A stretch of DNA of 64,000 nucleotides from Asterias rubens. Taxonomy: Eukaryota. Positions within the stretch are counted from its first letter, which is position 1, and each line of letters opens with the position of its first letter. Positions 45,401 through 58,182 of this stretch are shown here, piece by piece. Location: the NCBI RefSeq assembly GCF_902459465.1, contig NC_047062.1, positions 7,254,001 through 7,318,000 of the forward strand. The letters run 5' to 3'. A model generated the notes under the pieces. It saw nothing but the letters and a program-made list of their open reading frames with translations, did not search any database and was not told the origin of the DNA. The position numbers and the translations under genes are program-made.

Positions 45401-48400
45401 CCAAGTCTGCTTAGCTTTAGGTACCTGGGTAAGATGGTGATGGCCTTGTTCTCGGTCTTCCTCTCTCCTGGGAACGAGGTGGCTGTGACCCAGATGATAA
45501 TGTTCGACTTCTCCTTCTCTCCCTACAAATGGGATAACAGCAGAGAAATAAGAGGCTGAACAAACAGCTGTGAGATTAGTTGCAGACAGATCAGCATAAG
45601 CCTTTTTGAGGTGTGGCGGACATACAATGTTTTACGCGCGCGCCTCAAACGGGGGCAACTCATAGATATAGAACATAATACCTAGATCGGCCACACGTAA
45701 ATACGCGCCATAAGCCGCAGTAGTGTTGTAGCATTGTGTCCGCCATATCTCGAAAAGGCTTATAGCAATATGTGGCTGGCAGTTAGGCTAAGAGATTAGT
45801 GGCTGACTGACCAGCAGAGAGATTACTGACTGGCAGAAAAGTAGACAGACTAGTGGCTGATAGAACAACATAGCGATAAGTGGCTGGCAGAACAGCTGTG
45901 AGATAAGTGACTGAGACTGATGTGGCTGACGGAACAGCAGAGAAATTAGATAGAGGCCGATTTTATTGCAGAGAGATTTGTGGCTGACCAAGGTACAGAC
46001 CAAGGTACAGAGATGATATAATGTTTTCTCTTTTTACAGTTAATAATTTAACTTCTTGTTCAGAAAAACACTACAAGAGAAACCACAAGTTCCATTAATT
46101 GATTTAGATAAGGGTCACAGAATTCAAGAATGTACAGACAGGTTATGTGACAAACCTCCTTGTTTTGGCTTCATCTTGCCTCCGTTTCTTCTCCTGTGTG
46201 TACGCTGTGGGGTCAAATCGGGGAACTCTTGCACCTGTCATGAAATAAAACAACAAAATACCACATCAGATTCCTAAAAGATAAGATAAAGAAGTATAAT
46301 TTGCTGTCCTAAGATACACCGATGAAGGCAAGCAACATCCGGTTGACAGTGAAGCAATTACTCTTTTGCCTGATTTTAGCTGTACACTGCCGTGTGTTAG
46401 AATTTGAACTGCCTCTAGCTACTGGCCAATCTTGGGGTCTAGTGCTAAGACATCTGCTCTGGAATGGCAACTGTTGTGGGTTCAAATTAAAACTGAGTAA
46501 AATGCCAGTGAATTTTTTCACAGGACTCTGGAAAATATTGAATATACAGTCCTGTCTATACATCGGTATATGGGTGAAACAAAAAGATTTTTTTTTTTTC
46601 TCAATGCAAAATTGGCCGCTAAGCAGCTTTATCTGGGCCAAACTTCATAAAGCCTGTAAGCAGAAACACATTCAAAACTTCCATGAACTTTGCATTATTG
46701 TGATTGGTGCCCACTAATTTGTTGCTTAGCAAATACATTTTCTAAGCAGTATTTTCAGCTGATCAGCTTTATAAATATTGGGCGATAATCTGCAACAGTT
46801 CTACCTGCAGGTGATGGTGACCGGCTCCCGACTGAGGAGACAGATGGAGGCCTCCTCCGATCTCTTGAAGTTGACCGCTCCCTGCTGACCATTCTAGCCC
46901 TCTCCCGACTTGCATCTCTGGCGTTGGCCAAGCGAGCCCTCTCCTGGGTGGATATGGAACGTCTGGAGGTGGACCGCTGGGAGACGGGAAGTGGTAAAGA
47001 GGGGGACCTACTAACTCGTCGTGATGAGCTGTTAGGAAATGATTATCATAGTCATTTATTCACTGGTTTGGATAGGTTGCATTTTTAAGTGTGATTTAAA
47101 GGGACACATTGCTTTTGGATTTGGCGCTTTTGGCTGTAAAATCGTTTGTTATGAAATGAAAGTGGTTGGAAAGATGATTTAAAAGTGAATATAAGGATTC
47201 ACACATATTTCCCATGAAATTGTGTGGTATTCCTTATACTTTGTGAACGAGTCCGCACTTTGTGTAGTAACAACTTTGGTTCTACAAAATGGTGAATCTT
47301 GTTAGTTCACAAAGTAAAAGGAAAACTACATATTTAAGTAAAAAGTGACTCAAGATGACTGGAGCAGGCTAATACAAACGTTGAGACCAATTAAGAACTC
47401 ACTCCGTAAGTGAAGTTTAAGGAGAAGTCCCCCTCGATCCACAAAGCAAAAGTAGTAGTCCTGAGAGATTTCCTAACTCCCCCAGGTAGAAGTATTAAGC
47501 AGGAAAGTTTCAGATCTAAGTGGTCTCCCAAATTCTGAAATCTTCTCCATTGCAGTAGAATTAGAATAAATAGCAAGACAAGTTCTCAAAGAACAAATTC
47601 CCTCATGGTAGATATAATTGATACACATAGTGTTACCTCAAAACTTTGTACACATTGATTGATACCTCACCATGCAATTCCTGAAAACCCATACATACAA
47701 GCAAGCTGAACAAAATATAATAAATGATAAGTGGTCTTTGATCTCTGTCTGGTTCCTAGCTTCTTCAATGACCTTTTAATGACGGCAAGTTCGTTGATCA
47801 GACTCTTGACCCGTACCCTCAGATTTCTCTCACTGGCACGTAACTCCTCTACCTAAAAACAAAGATATTTGCAAAATATAAACGTCATTTTTTATTTGTA
47901 TACTAAAAAAATAATGATGTTATAAACAAAAAGAGTGGAAAACCATGCAAAACGTTCAGTAATGTCCTTAATTAAGCTGTTGCATTTTTTGTCTCGGTTT
48001 TCAGATACAGTTTTCTCGCATATGACTTAATTTCAGTTCACAGAACAAAATGGTTCTTGTATGAACTTTATAATCTGTGTATTTGATCCTTACTAATTCT
48101 ATATAATACATTTAAAGACACTGGACACTATTGGTAATTGTCAAAGACCAGTCTTCTCACTTGGTATATCTCAACATATGCATAAAATAACAAACCTGGG
48201 AAAATATGAGCTCATATGGTCATCGAAGTTGCGAGATAACTATGAAAGAAAAAACACCCTTGTCACACGAAGTTGTGTGCTTTCAGATGTTTGATTTCGG
48301 GACCTCAAATTCTAAATCTGAGGTCTCTAAATCAAATTCGTGGAAAATTACTTCTTTCTCGAAAACTACGCCACTTCAGAGGGTGCCGTTTCTCAAAATG

Positions 48401-51400
48401 TTTTATAGCATCAACCTCTCCCCATTACTCATTGCCAAGTAAGGTTATATGATAATAATTATTTTGAATAATAACCAATAGTGTCCACTGCCTTTAAGCA
48501 GAATTGTAATGTTAAAAAACATTAAGGTACATTAAGGATAAAGGAACAAACATGAAAAAAAAAAACACTTCTGGAGAGGGAGCTGACATGCAAAGTCGCC
48601 GCATTTGAAACCAGACTAAATATCTCTAAAATGTGGTTTAAATAAATTGTAAATTACCTCCTCCATAAGATTCTTATAGTCTTGATTCCTTTTACTTGAC
48701 GACCGTTGAAACTTCCTTCTCTCATTCATCAATTCCTCCTCAAGGTTTCTGACCACAGTCTTCAAGATGCGGACCTCTTTAACTGCAGTTCCTTTGGACG
48801 TGTTCTTGACCTCTCGCCGGTACTGTAAGAACTCATCGTCAAGGTTCTGTTTCTCTTTTAGGAGATCTTCATAACTTTAGAGATGATAAAACAAAAGATG
48901 GATGTTATTAGGGGATTCAATTCATATAAAGTATTAAGCGGCATTTTTAATGACTTTCTATCCAGTGGCATAACTAAACATTTGTATATTTTGGGTCTAG
49001 GTTTATTTTTTTTAGGAGGGGTGGGGGAGCTATTAAATGTTTTGAATTGTAACTTTTCTGATGGATCATTCTCTACTTCTGGTTAAGAAACCGTAAAAAA
49101 CACTTATTTTGCGGTGTAACTCAGAGGCCTGAAAAACCTGTGAGGAGAAAATTATGGGGAAACCCTTTATTTGATATTGATTTGCTTTTTGTGCGGTAAG
49201 CATCTCACGTGGGATTTCAACCAACGACCCAGATATTCTAGCGCAAATGTCTTAACCATTAGACCATTGAGCATGTCCTGTGACAAAAGGCCAGTTTAAG
49301 TTTATGCACTAAGCAGTGGGTACCACTATAGACATAATAATTGAGGAAAATAATTAAATATAAAACCCATGTTGAAGTCTTTTGCCAAAGGTGAGATTCG
49401 AACACCATGGTAAAAGCCAGAAAACCAGTAGCTATCCTGCTACTCTGTACCCCCATTCTCTGTTGATAAAAACCAGCTAACTCTCAAACAAACTTCCTGA
49501 AAGCTACAACAGAAAAAAAGCAAGTGTTTGATTGGGGACGCTAACCACAGACTATAGCCCTTTTTTTTTAAACAAAGCTATAAAACTGTTAGCGCAAAAC
49601 TCACTCTTTTTTCAGTCTCTGAAGCTCGTTACTCCTGAAATCTGAATGCACCTGTAATGTAAGATAGAGGGTTGTGTCATCACTTTGCAGGACTAATTAT
49701 TCATTCCTATTTATCGAGTTGGGCATAGGTTCAACTGTAAATTACGTCACAATTTACAATTTTATCACACGTTGCTGCTGTAGCAGAGATGTCAATTTGT
49801 TCCGGTCAAAAAAATGCAAAAAAACACTAAGATTGTTCAACTGACCTGTGACTGCATTTTTCTTATTTCCTTCTTGAGTTCTCTGACTGTATCTTGTAGA
49901 GCTACAGGGTCTGGCTTGCCTTGGTAAGGCAGGGGTAATGGATAGTGTATCCTGTAAAACAACAAATAGAAAAACACTAACAATAACATTTTGTGAGGTA
50001 AATTTATTTAAAGGAACACGTTGCCTTGGATTGTCGAGTTGGTCTTTGAAAAGCATTTGTAACCGGTTTGTTTCAAAATTCATTAGAAATATATTTTAAA
50101 AGTAGAATACAATCATCCACAAACACGGTCGGCCAATTATGGGAGTCAAATTTTTGACTCCCATAAATGGCCGACCGTGTTAGTTCGCAAAGTACAAGGA
50201 AAACCACGCAATTTCGAGGCAAATGTGTGTGGATCATTGTATTCTACTTTTAAAATATCTTTCTAATCATATGCATTTCTTAACAAACGGTTACAAACAC
50301 TTGTCATAGACCAACTCGACCGATCCAAGGCAACGTGTTCCTTTAACAACTGTACATGTTTCTAAATAACTAGCCTTGCTGCATTGGTAGCCCTTACTTC
50401 ACTTGTGAACAAAACTATTAAACAAAATATTTTAGCAAAACCAAACAAATCTGAAAAATCTCTTCAAAACAAAAGTTTTTGACAAAAGCTTGATCAACAA
50501 TACAAGTTCCATAAAACAATTGCTACACACAAACACAATCATGCTCAGCAGAAACATGGTACCATCCAAAAATGCCTTAGAGTTTACATTTTAAAATTTG
50601 AGTGGTGCCCCACTCATTTATTGCAAAGAGATTTGCTGAGCAGAAATGTTTGTATGTTTAAACAGCCTTATGAAAATGGGATCACATGAGGGCCATTCAA
50701 AGCTCTGTCCAAGTGGTCGTGCTAGCTAGTTGATTGCTTCGGTATGCTTTTGTCAAATACACTGACTCCAAATTTCTTCACATTACAAATTCCATACCAA
50801 TAACAATATATAGATCCCTTGCATTGGTTGCATTGTTGATGAAACTTGCAAGCGTAAAGACTACCATTGGCTGAGAGTTGTGCGCAGTGCATACACAAGT
50901 GCACCTTTCAGTTGTTTGTTATCAAAGACGGCGGTGCGATCAGTGACGTTATGTGCAATAAAATACATATGGACCAGTGGAAAGGCTGACAAGCTATCTG
51001 GTCTTGCTGGCTATGTCACTGAAAACATATAAAGACACTGGACACTATTGGTAATTGTCAAAGACCAGTCTTCTCACTTGGTGTATCTCAACATATGCAT
51101 AAAATAACAAACCTATGAAAATTTCAGCTCAATTGGTCCTTGAAGTTGCGAGATAAAAATGAAAGGAAAAAACACCCTTGTCACACGAAGTTGTGTGCTT
51201 ACAGATGCCTGATTTCGAGACCTCAAAATCTAACTTTGAGGTCTCAAAACCAAATTCGTGGGAAGTTACTTCTTTCTCGAAAACTATGTCACTTCAGTTG
51301 TTTTATATTATAACACCCCTTGCAAGTATTCTGCCTGCTCATTGGTTTAGAGCGCGTCACATGACATGTCTTAGTTTTGCTAGACGACAGCCGTGTGATA

Positions 51401-53650
51401 GTGCGTTGGTTTGCCATGCGCTAGTCTGAAGACTAGCACACGGCGTGCAGTACCCGGACGTCCGTTGCGTGTACGAGGATGATAAATTAATAGTCTGTAA
51501 CCATTTCGGATTGCACGACACGACATGCAGCACAGTAAAAGTGTTTGCAATCTGTATTCGCGTCGTCCGTGGATTGTAGCATTCAGGTCTGTAACTTAAT
51601 AATAATAGTACAGTATTTAGAAATGTTTGGGGTGTTATAAAACAAATATCGACTGCTTTTACTCGTGCAATGGTTAAAAACTATGACTCCCTCGGTGATC
51701 CCCGTAGCTTTCTATTTTCCCTCGGCTTCGCCTCGGGAAAATAGAATGCTCCCGGGGATCACCTCGGGAGTCATAGTTTTAACCATAGCACTCGAAGCAG
51801 TCAATATTTGTATACTTTCAACCTCTCCCCTTTACTTGTTACCAAGTAAGGTTTTATTCTAATAATCGTTTTGAGTAATAACCAATAGTGTCCACTGCCT
51901 TTAAGGGTAAACCTAGCCTTTAAGATTAATCTACTCATCTTATCTTACCTGTCAAACTCCACTGTATATGTAACAATCAGATACCGCTTGGCACTCAGAG
52001 CAGCCTTCTGAGCTCCTGGTATATTGCTTCTTGTCACACCCGCTTTCCTGCTCCTCAGTGTCTCCAGGTCAGAATAGGTCAACAGGTCAAGGGTCACTGA
52101 GTCACTTGACTGTTCAGATAAATAATTGGGACAAGCTATGTCAGATTTTTTGCCCCAAACATTAAAAAATAGATTTTTTTTTTAGTGAATGGTATTTCAA
52201 AGAGTATCACCCGCTCTAAATAAAAAAAAATTAACTTTTACTTTTAATGGTCAGGAACCATGACAAAAAATTAAAACGTTTCTTATAAAACACATAAGAA
52301 ATGGTCACGTGATATATTGTCGGGATCTTTACAAAAACTAATTTAGAGCACTTTATTTCACTGCTACTAATAATTGGCAGACTTATTCGAGCAATGGCTC
52401 AACCGAAAGCTTGTAACTTTCTCGACCCCCATCAAAATACCTATTGAATTTTAAATCAAAATTTTAGGGTCAAATCGGCCAAAAATCTGACATAGCATCT
52501 TTAAAACAATGCCAGATTATCACATGAGAAAAATAGACAAACCTGAATGATTACATTAAGTGCCGCCACTACTTTAAAGGCATTAGTCTGTCCTATGAGC
52601 CTAGCATTTATTTCTTTATTCCAAACAGGTATCCTTAACCAATGACGTTCATTTGGCCCATGGGAGGGCATACGGTCCACCTGGTCCATTTATATGGGAA
52701 CAGGCTGTCTACAGTTGTTTTTCCCCCTACTGTGGACCCCCATTTCAAATCCCAAACTTGAACCTCTCATGTACTCTGGGTTTTCACTCCCTATACCTCC
52801 TTGCCTTGAGGTTTTCGCAATTGGGGTTTTCCTCCCTCATCTAAAAATGAAAATTTCCTCTAATTTTCCTTTCATCCCTGTTTTGGCCCTAACTGTGCTG
52901 TTGGATGGTAGTAAAAACAAAAATAAAATATATCCATAAAGAGATTTTCAACTACACCTTCTTGATGGCAGACTCCAACATACTGGTGAATATTGAGAAC
53001 TGCTTGAAGTTGCCAGTCTTGTGGGTCAAGTCTTCAATATCTAAGGAAATTGTGACAAAACGGTTAAACAATTAGCTTAAAAAGAGAAAGTATACGACTG
53101 GTAACTACTCTTAAAATGAAAGGCAATAAAAACTTGCTTGGTTAGAAGTACAACAGTGTGCAGGTTGTAAGAGTCAATTTAATAAAAAAGTAATGTGGTT
53201 ATAATGGAAAAAAGATCAGTTTTTATCCCCTCAAGTTGAATTTGAGTAATGTTACTTTCAAAAAGGAAGATGGACTTCTTTGAAAACCACCTCACATTTT
53301 TAAGACCCATCTTTTAACTTAATTGTTGTTAGTTTGTATTTGTCTTTTGTTTTGACTGCTTTGTATCTGTATCTGTGGATTTTTAACTGTCCAGTGCTTT
53401 TTTATGTCTATGTGACATGGAAAGCATTTTTTATAAACAAATGTTTTTTGTTGTTTTTTTTGTTTGTTATTATTTACTCACAAGCAGCATCAAATGTCCC
53501 CCTCCACTGGTCAGTAGTCAGTCTGTCTTCAACCTCAGTGGTCACTGTGTTCTGGTCATCATCCAACCACATACTGACCACATAGTCCATGCCACGGAAT
53601 GTGTATGAACCCGTCACAGTGGGTAGATTGTCCTCTTCCTCTGCACCCAT
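42432..53650 (-). CDS. CCDC61: Centrosomal protein CCDC61/VFL3 (SAS-6-like head + coiled coil + Arg/Ser-rich tail), about 552 aa
   Basis: Exons 53482-53650, 52958-53040, 51949-52109, 49846-49951, 49605-49651, 48658-48874, 47773-47852, 46805-47028, 46156-46234, 45425-45522, 44654-44771, 44154-44217, 43751-43803, 42962-43029, 42432-42523 join in frame (1659 nt). Motifs YTFRG, EVEDRLTTDQWRGTFDA, IEDLTHKTGNFKQF, TLDLLTY, KRYLIVTYTVEFDRIHYPLPLPYQGKPDP, RFDPTAY, EIDARLNALQ. Confidence 0.93.
43170..43430 (-). mobile_element. tRNA-derived SINE (minus strand)
   Basis: GAGTGTCTTGCTCAAGAACACAGGTGTCAT...GATTTGAACCC = reverse complement of the B-box and core seen in other copies; a similar fragment lies at 42770-42880. 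Confidence 0.55.
45599..45760. mobile_element. MITE family F copy
   Basis: TA|AGCCTTTTTGAGGTGTGGCGGACATACAATG ... CATTGTGTCCGCCATATCTCGAAAAGGCT|TA. Confidence 0.75.
48116..48493. mobile_element. MITE family A copy in a CCDC61 intron
   Basis: TTAA|AGACACTGGACACTATTGG ... CCAATAGTGTCCACTGCCT|TTAA. Confidence 0.85.
50012..50342. mobile_element. MITE family B, uninterrupted copy
   Basis: TTAA|AGGAACACGTTGCCTTGGAT ... ATCCAAGGCAACGTGTTCCT|TTAA. Confidence 0.85.
51033..51900. mobile_element. MITE family A copy interrupted by a double-hairpin element
   Basis: Family A 5' half to 51297 and 3' half from about 51811 to GTGTCCACTGCCT|TTAA. Confidence 0.8.
51298..51810. mobile_element. Double-hairpin non-autonomous element
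   Basis: Arms 51298-51319 / 51629-51645 and a long stem 51646-51807 around the central TTCTATTTTCCC-TCGGCTTCGCCTC-GGGAAAATAGAA. Confidence 0.65.
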
Positions 53651-54314
53651 TCTTAATTATGGTGAATCAATGGGACAGCTTATGAAGTCCTGTTAATATT
53701 GGGATTAAATTCTCTAGATAGAAATAGAAAGAACAAACTGTCTGAGATAGAAAGAGCAATATTGCAGTTTTATTACAGTATGCAGTCTTCTTGTTCTGCA
53801 TAGGGCCTACGTTTCTGTATACAATCTGCATCACTAACATGCACTACACGTAGAGCACTAATCGTTCGCAGACATTTCACTGAAATTTTGATCATAAGTG
53901 ACATTTTGGTCAGTCTCTACTCTGTGGTAACTTTTTGAGGTTTTTTTTTTCTTCAAAATACTATCACAACTATATTTTCATTGTTCTAATTTTATTCAAC
54001 ATATCAAGATTGTGAATATCAAATTTGTGATCTTATTTTAGAATGTATAATATTAAAAGTACATGTAATGATTGTTGAAAGCGGTAACAATTGCAGGGCT
54101 AAGCCTAAGCAGTCAAATATATAGAGTAGACTGATTGAAGAGACTTTATTGTTATTTTTAACTAATATTATTTAATTGGTCCTATTATTAACTTACTTGA
54201 ATTGCTTGGTAATTTTTATTAAAAAGATGAAATTTGTTATAAATAAGTCAGAAAACTGATATGATACAGAAATTCAAGTGTAACTTTGCATTTTGTAGCG
54301 CAACATATTGTTTC

Positions 54315-54537
54315 TACTCCTAACCCTAGAACTTAGACTATATGAGGTTCGTTCAGCTACCGTATCATAATAGTCATACTCATAGATAGCGGAACGAACC
54401 TCATTCTCATACTACACTGTACTAGTTCTAGGTAGGTTGTGATAACGTAACGTAACCCTCATCTGCTTCGCTGATTGGGAGGAGTGTTATGTTATCGCAA
54501 CCTTATAGCTCCATGTCGGAACTAAGTTCTAGGAGTA
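54315..54537. mobile_element. Multi-hairpin MITE (TACTCCTA...TAGGAGTA)
   Basis: Outer IR CTAGAACTTAG/CTAAGTTCTAG; inner ATGAGGTTCGTTC/GAACGAACCTCAT and GGTTGTGATAAC/GTTATCGCAACC. Confidence 0.65.
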
Positions 54538-55096
54538 CATTGTTTCAATATTTACAATAATATACATGTCAACCAAGCTGATCAGCTGAAATGATGTCCA
54601 GTCATGTTCTTAATCTTATCTTAGAGATAGAATATAATTATTAAATATAAGATTTATAGTTTCTAGAAGTAGCGCAATAGCAGATAGCGCAACACTCTGA
54701 AAGGACCCCCCCAACCCCTCCCCCACAAACACTTGAAGAATAAAATTGATTTGGGAATGGGAAAATTGAGTGAGGCACTTTTTACGTTGTTGCAGGAAAC
54801 TTCAAAGTTCAAAATCAAACTTAATTGTAAACAAACACAAAACCAAAAACTTGTCACTCCAGGTCAGCAGAGAGGTGAGACTCATATTTAGATCCATATC
54901 TCATCACGATTTAAAAAAGAAACAGCTGATAACGTAACTTACAATGCAATGTCAATACTCAATATCGAGTTAAGAGTAGGCCAAAGACGTGTGGAAAAAT
55001 ATCATTCGTAGTCCCACGATATCAGCAGAACTTGCACTTTTTGTTGCAGCAGTCAGTTTAAAAAAACGCGCACCACAAAATAAAAGTAAACCTTAC

Positions 55097-55200
55097 CACG
55101 CCCTCAAGCGACAGCAAATACACCTACGGAAGCCAAGAAAGACCATTCTACGTGTTTTTACTGAGTGCTTGCCGAGTTTGCCGAGTGACTTTGTATCAGC
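55097..55200 (-). promoter_or_regulatory. Candidate non-coding first exon / promoter of CCDC61
   Basis: Strong minus-strand donor GTG|gtaagg at 55097/55096 in a CpG-containing segment; an AG acceptor lies 1 nt before the ATG at 53650. The 5' boundary is a guess. Confidence 0.3.
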
Positions 55201-55867
55201 TTCTACATGTACATGTATTACTAATAGACTATAATAAAAATACATATAGTTTTTGTAGGTAGACCTAATAAATTAGTTCAACTTAGGATTTATAGCCTAA
55301 GTTGAACTAATTTATTCAATGGTATCGATCCTATAGCATACCATCTCGAAGGCGTGTTCATCATGATATTCCTTGATGTCATTAAAGGGCTAGTCATTTT
55401 GCAGGCAAAATATCGAATGGTTAATTGTTGAAAAGAAAAGAAAAACAATCCCACAAAGGGAGATTAACGAACGTTTACTATAGACTTAAAAAATAGTTTG
55501 TCCATGGCACTGACGTCACACGCGGCTTGGGAGTCAAACATTATTGTTGCAAGATAATTATGGTCGGCGACTCCCAAAAATGGCGCAACCAAGTAACAAT
55601 AGACCATTGATCTCTTTATATTGTCAATACAATAGAGATTAATGTAGTAGATGCACTGAGTCTGGTGCCCTCGCCAGCCAAGAGGTACGTCAGCATGAGA
55701 GGGTTGGTCAGCGTCGCGTGTTCGCCGCAACTAGCTACTGAGTCCCTAAGTCACTTCTCGTCACAAGAAGTCAAAACTCATGTAAGTTCTCTAGGCCTAT
55801 AATTTGTGTGCCCGACATGGGGATGTCTGATGCTTTAACAGTGCCCATTGTTGTTCTAGGGGCCTGG

Positions 55868-55993
55868 AGTCCATTTCACAAAGAGTGAGGACTTTAGGAC
55901 TAGTCCTGTAGGGGATAATATTAACTTGCGGCTCGTCCTAAGTTAGGCGTCCTAACTCGAGATAAGACTAGTCTTAACTCTTTGTGAAACTCC
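55868..55993. mobile_element. MITE family D copy
   Basis: GGAGTCCATTTCACAAAGAGT ... ACTCTTTGTGAAACTCC; shares CCTAACTCGAGATAAGAC with 31119-31279. Confidence 0.65.
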
Positions 55994-56059
55994 ACCCCGG
56001 CCCTGCTACCATAGAGAGAGCACTCTGGAGAAGTTTATAACTAAGAAAACTTTTATCTA

Positions 56060-56309
56060 GACTTGTGGACAAGTCGTTAATGGTCCCACGCGGTAGTCGT
56101 TGTCACTGCTCTCGCGCGAACTGCCCTGGTTGCCGACTTCTACTCAGCATAGGCTGTGTACAAACCGCTGTCAGCTTGTACAAGTCGTTTATGGGGAGTA
56201 GAATTCGGGGCAGCGCGCAGTAGTCGCACAACCAGCAGTTCGCGCGGAGAGCGCCGCTGCAACTCGACTATCTCACCGCGTGGGACAATAAACGACTTGT
56301 CCACAAGTC
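56060..56309. mobile_element. TA-flanked, largely palindromic GC-rich MITE
   Basis: TA|GACTTGTGGACAAGTCGTT ... AACGACTTGTCCACAAGTC|TA; inner arms GTCCCACGCGGT/ACCGCGTGGGAC and CGCGCGAACTGC/GCAGTTCGCGCG. Confidence 0.8.
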
Positions 56310-57125
56310 TATCATTATTTTATCAGAAACGAGCCTCCTCTATGTATTTATTAGGGGAAAGGTAAAATGCTCACCTTAAAATTTGCAAAGTTGATTTGAG
56401 CTGATGTAAATTCAATGCTGGAATGAAACATTATTTAAAAAAAGAGTTTTTTAAAGCTCGGAGATAAAGCCGTTCCTTCAGCAGGAAGGTCAAGGATGTA
56501 CTTGTTTGCGTACACACATGTACGGATCAGATATAACTGCAAATCTCCAGCTGAAAGCCACATTAAATGATGCGAGGACAAAGATGGTTATGTACAGGGG
56601 CTCAACGGCACTCTCTTTCGTCATGACTGCTGCGAATTATGTGACGTCAGATGTCCAGGCTAGCCAGGGGTGCGTTTTGGCGGTCGTAACCAATAACTGT
56701 TTCGGTCATTGGACAGTACTCAACCGAAACAGTTATTTGTTAGGACCGCCAAAACGCGCCTTTGTTTGTACACGTGCTTCCCCCAATCGAGGAGGGAAGT
56801 TTAAAGTCACCTTATGGAAGTGGTATTAATTTGTCAAAACAAAGCTTTTGTCACTAGCATGTGTTTTGATGAGTGGAATGTGAATAAACAGTTAACTAAG
56901 GTTCTAAAAAATTAGTTCTTATTTTATTTACAAATTTAAGAGTAGGCCCCGACCCGACAGGGCGCTGTTTGTTACGTCAATTGAGGCGCGATATTTGAAG
57001 AGAAAATGCTGCAAAGCGCTGAAAAAGACGTCGGACCTGACCACTAGGTACTATTGCTCTTGTGAGTCTGACCAGCCATGCAGACTGACCCCATTGTTTT
57101 GCTGCATCCAGCAGCAATACACTTT

Positions 57126-57440
57126 AATTCAATTCAATTCAAAATTATATTTATTTCCATACTTCATGGAAAAAGAGTACAAACAATGTTTTATATTAGG
57201 AATAACCAATAAGCAAAGCTATATAATGAGGGTGGGAGAAACATAAATAGAGTATGGAGGCATCATCTGGAAGCCGAGGCTTATGTAGGAATGCCTGGGG
57301 ACAGACAATAAACGGGGACAAGAACGAACGGACAGACAAAACGAACAAAGACAGACATGGTGAAGCCAACAATGATGAGAATACTAATTGCATAATAATA
57401 ATAAAACAAATAATAACAAAAATAATAAGAAATCGAGAAA
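57126..57440 (-). mobile_element. LINE 3' end fragment with (GAATT)n tail
   Basis: (AATTC)3 followed by TTTATTTCCATAC and an AAGCCGAGGCTTATG motif typical, as recalled, of CR1-group 3' UTRs. Confidence 0.4.
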
Positions 57441-57940
57441 TAACAAAAAGGCGTTTGCTGACAACTAAGCAAAAGAAGAATGAGAGTGAGAAAGCAAACT
57501 ATGTCAAATACTGGGAGAGCGCGTTTTAATCGGCATTGCCAGAAAAATGCAAGAAAAACATTTTTCTCGAAACGTACAAACTCACGACTTGGACTTGCAT
57601 GTATTTTGCACGTGGTTTACTCTACGCATCAAGGCAACGTCTGCATCGATTGTACCACAAAAGGGGTAGGCAGAGTCAACCCCCCAAACAACTTTCTATA
57701 TTTTTTAAACATATAAATCGTTATTACAAACAACTACTAAACAAATTGTTTTATTGTTACTAAATAAACATATATACTCTTATGTTTGAAATTTTTTTTA
57801 AATTTTATTCCGGTGACTTTAAGTGCTCGCGAAGTTTATATTGGCACCTACCGGCCTCTGTATAGTAGCCTACATACTCTTGGGGAACTTGTGGTATAAT
57901 AGTATACTCTTGCAACCTTGCTCAGAAAAACACAGTCATT

Positions 57941-58182
57941 ATGGCGAGCGGGAAGGTTGTATTTGCTGTGTCTGTAGTGTTACTAGTAGTGGGACTCGTG
58001 GTTGGGATTCTACTTGGACATTACGTGACTGCTCCCGCAGCAGGAGGTAATAAACCCCCGAGCGGGAGTTCCGAACCTACGGTACCAAAGAGCTACCAGG
58101 ATGCGGTGAGGAAACCGGATTCCAGTATAAGTGGACGGCTTATCAATGGCATAAACCCGGACAAAATCAGAGACAATCTCGA
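57941..58182 (+). CDS. First coding exon of a type II membrane M28B peptidase (glutamate carboxypeptidase II / NAALADase / TfR-like family)
   Basis: Short N-terminus, TM VVFAVSVVLLVVGLVVGILLGHY, stalk, then ISGRLINGINPDKIRDNL with donor GA|gtgagt (phase 2), matching the recalled '..NIKKFL|' boundary. Later exons were not found in the window. Confidence 0.7.

Noticed and set aside
56506-56829. 107-aa ORF as a THAP or transposase fragment
   Set aside because: No THAP C2CH or DDE motifs in the frames examined; starts at a non-ATG codon.
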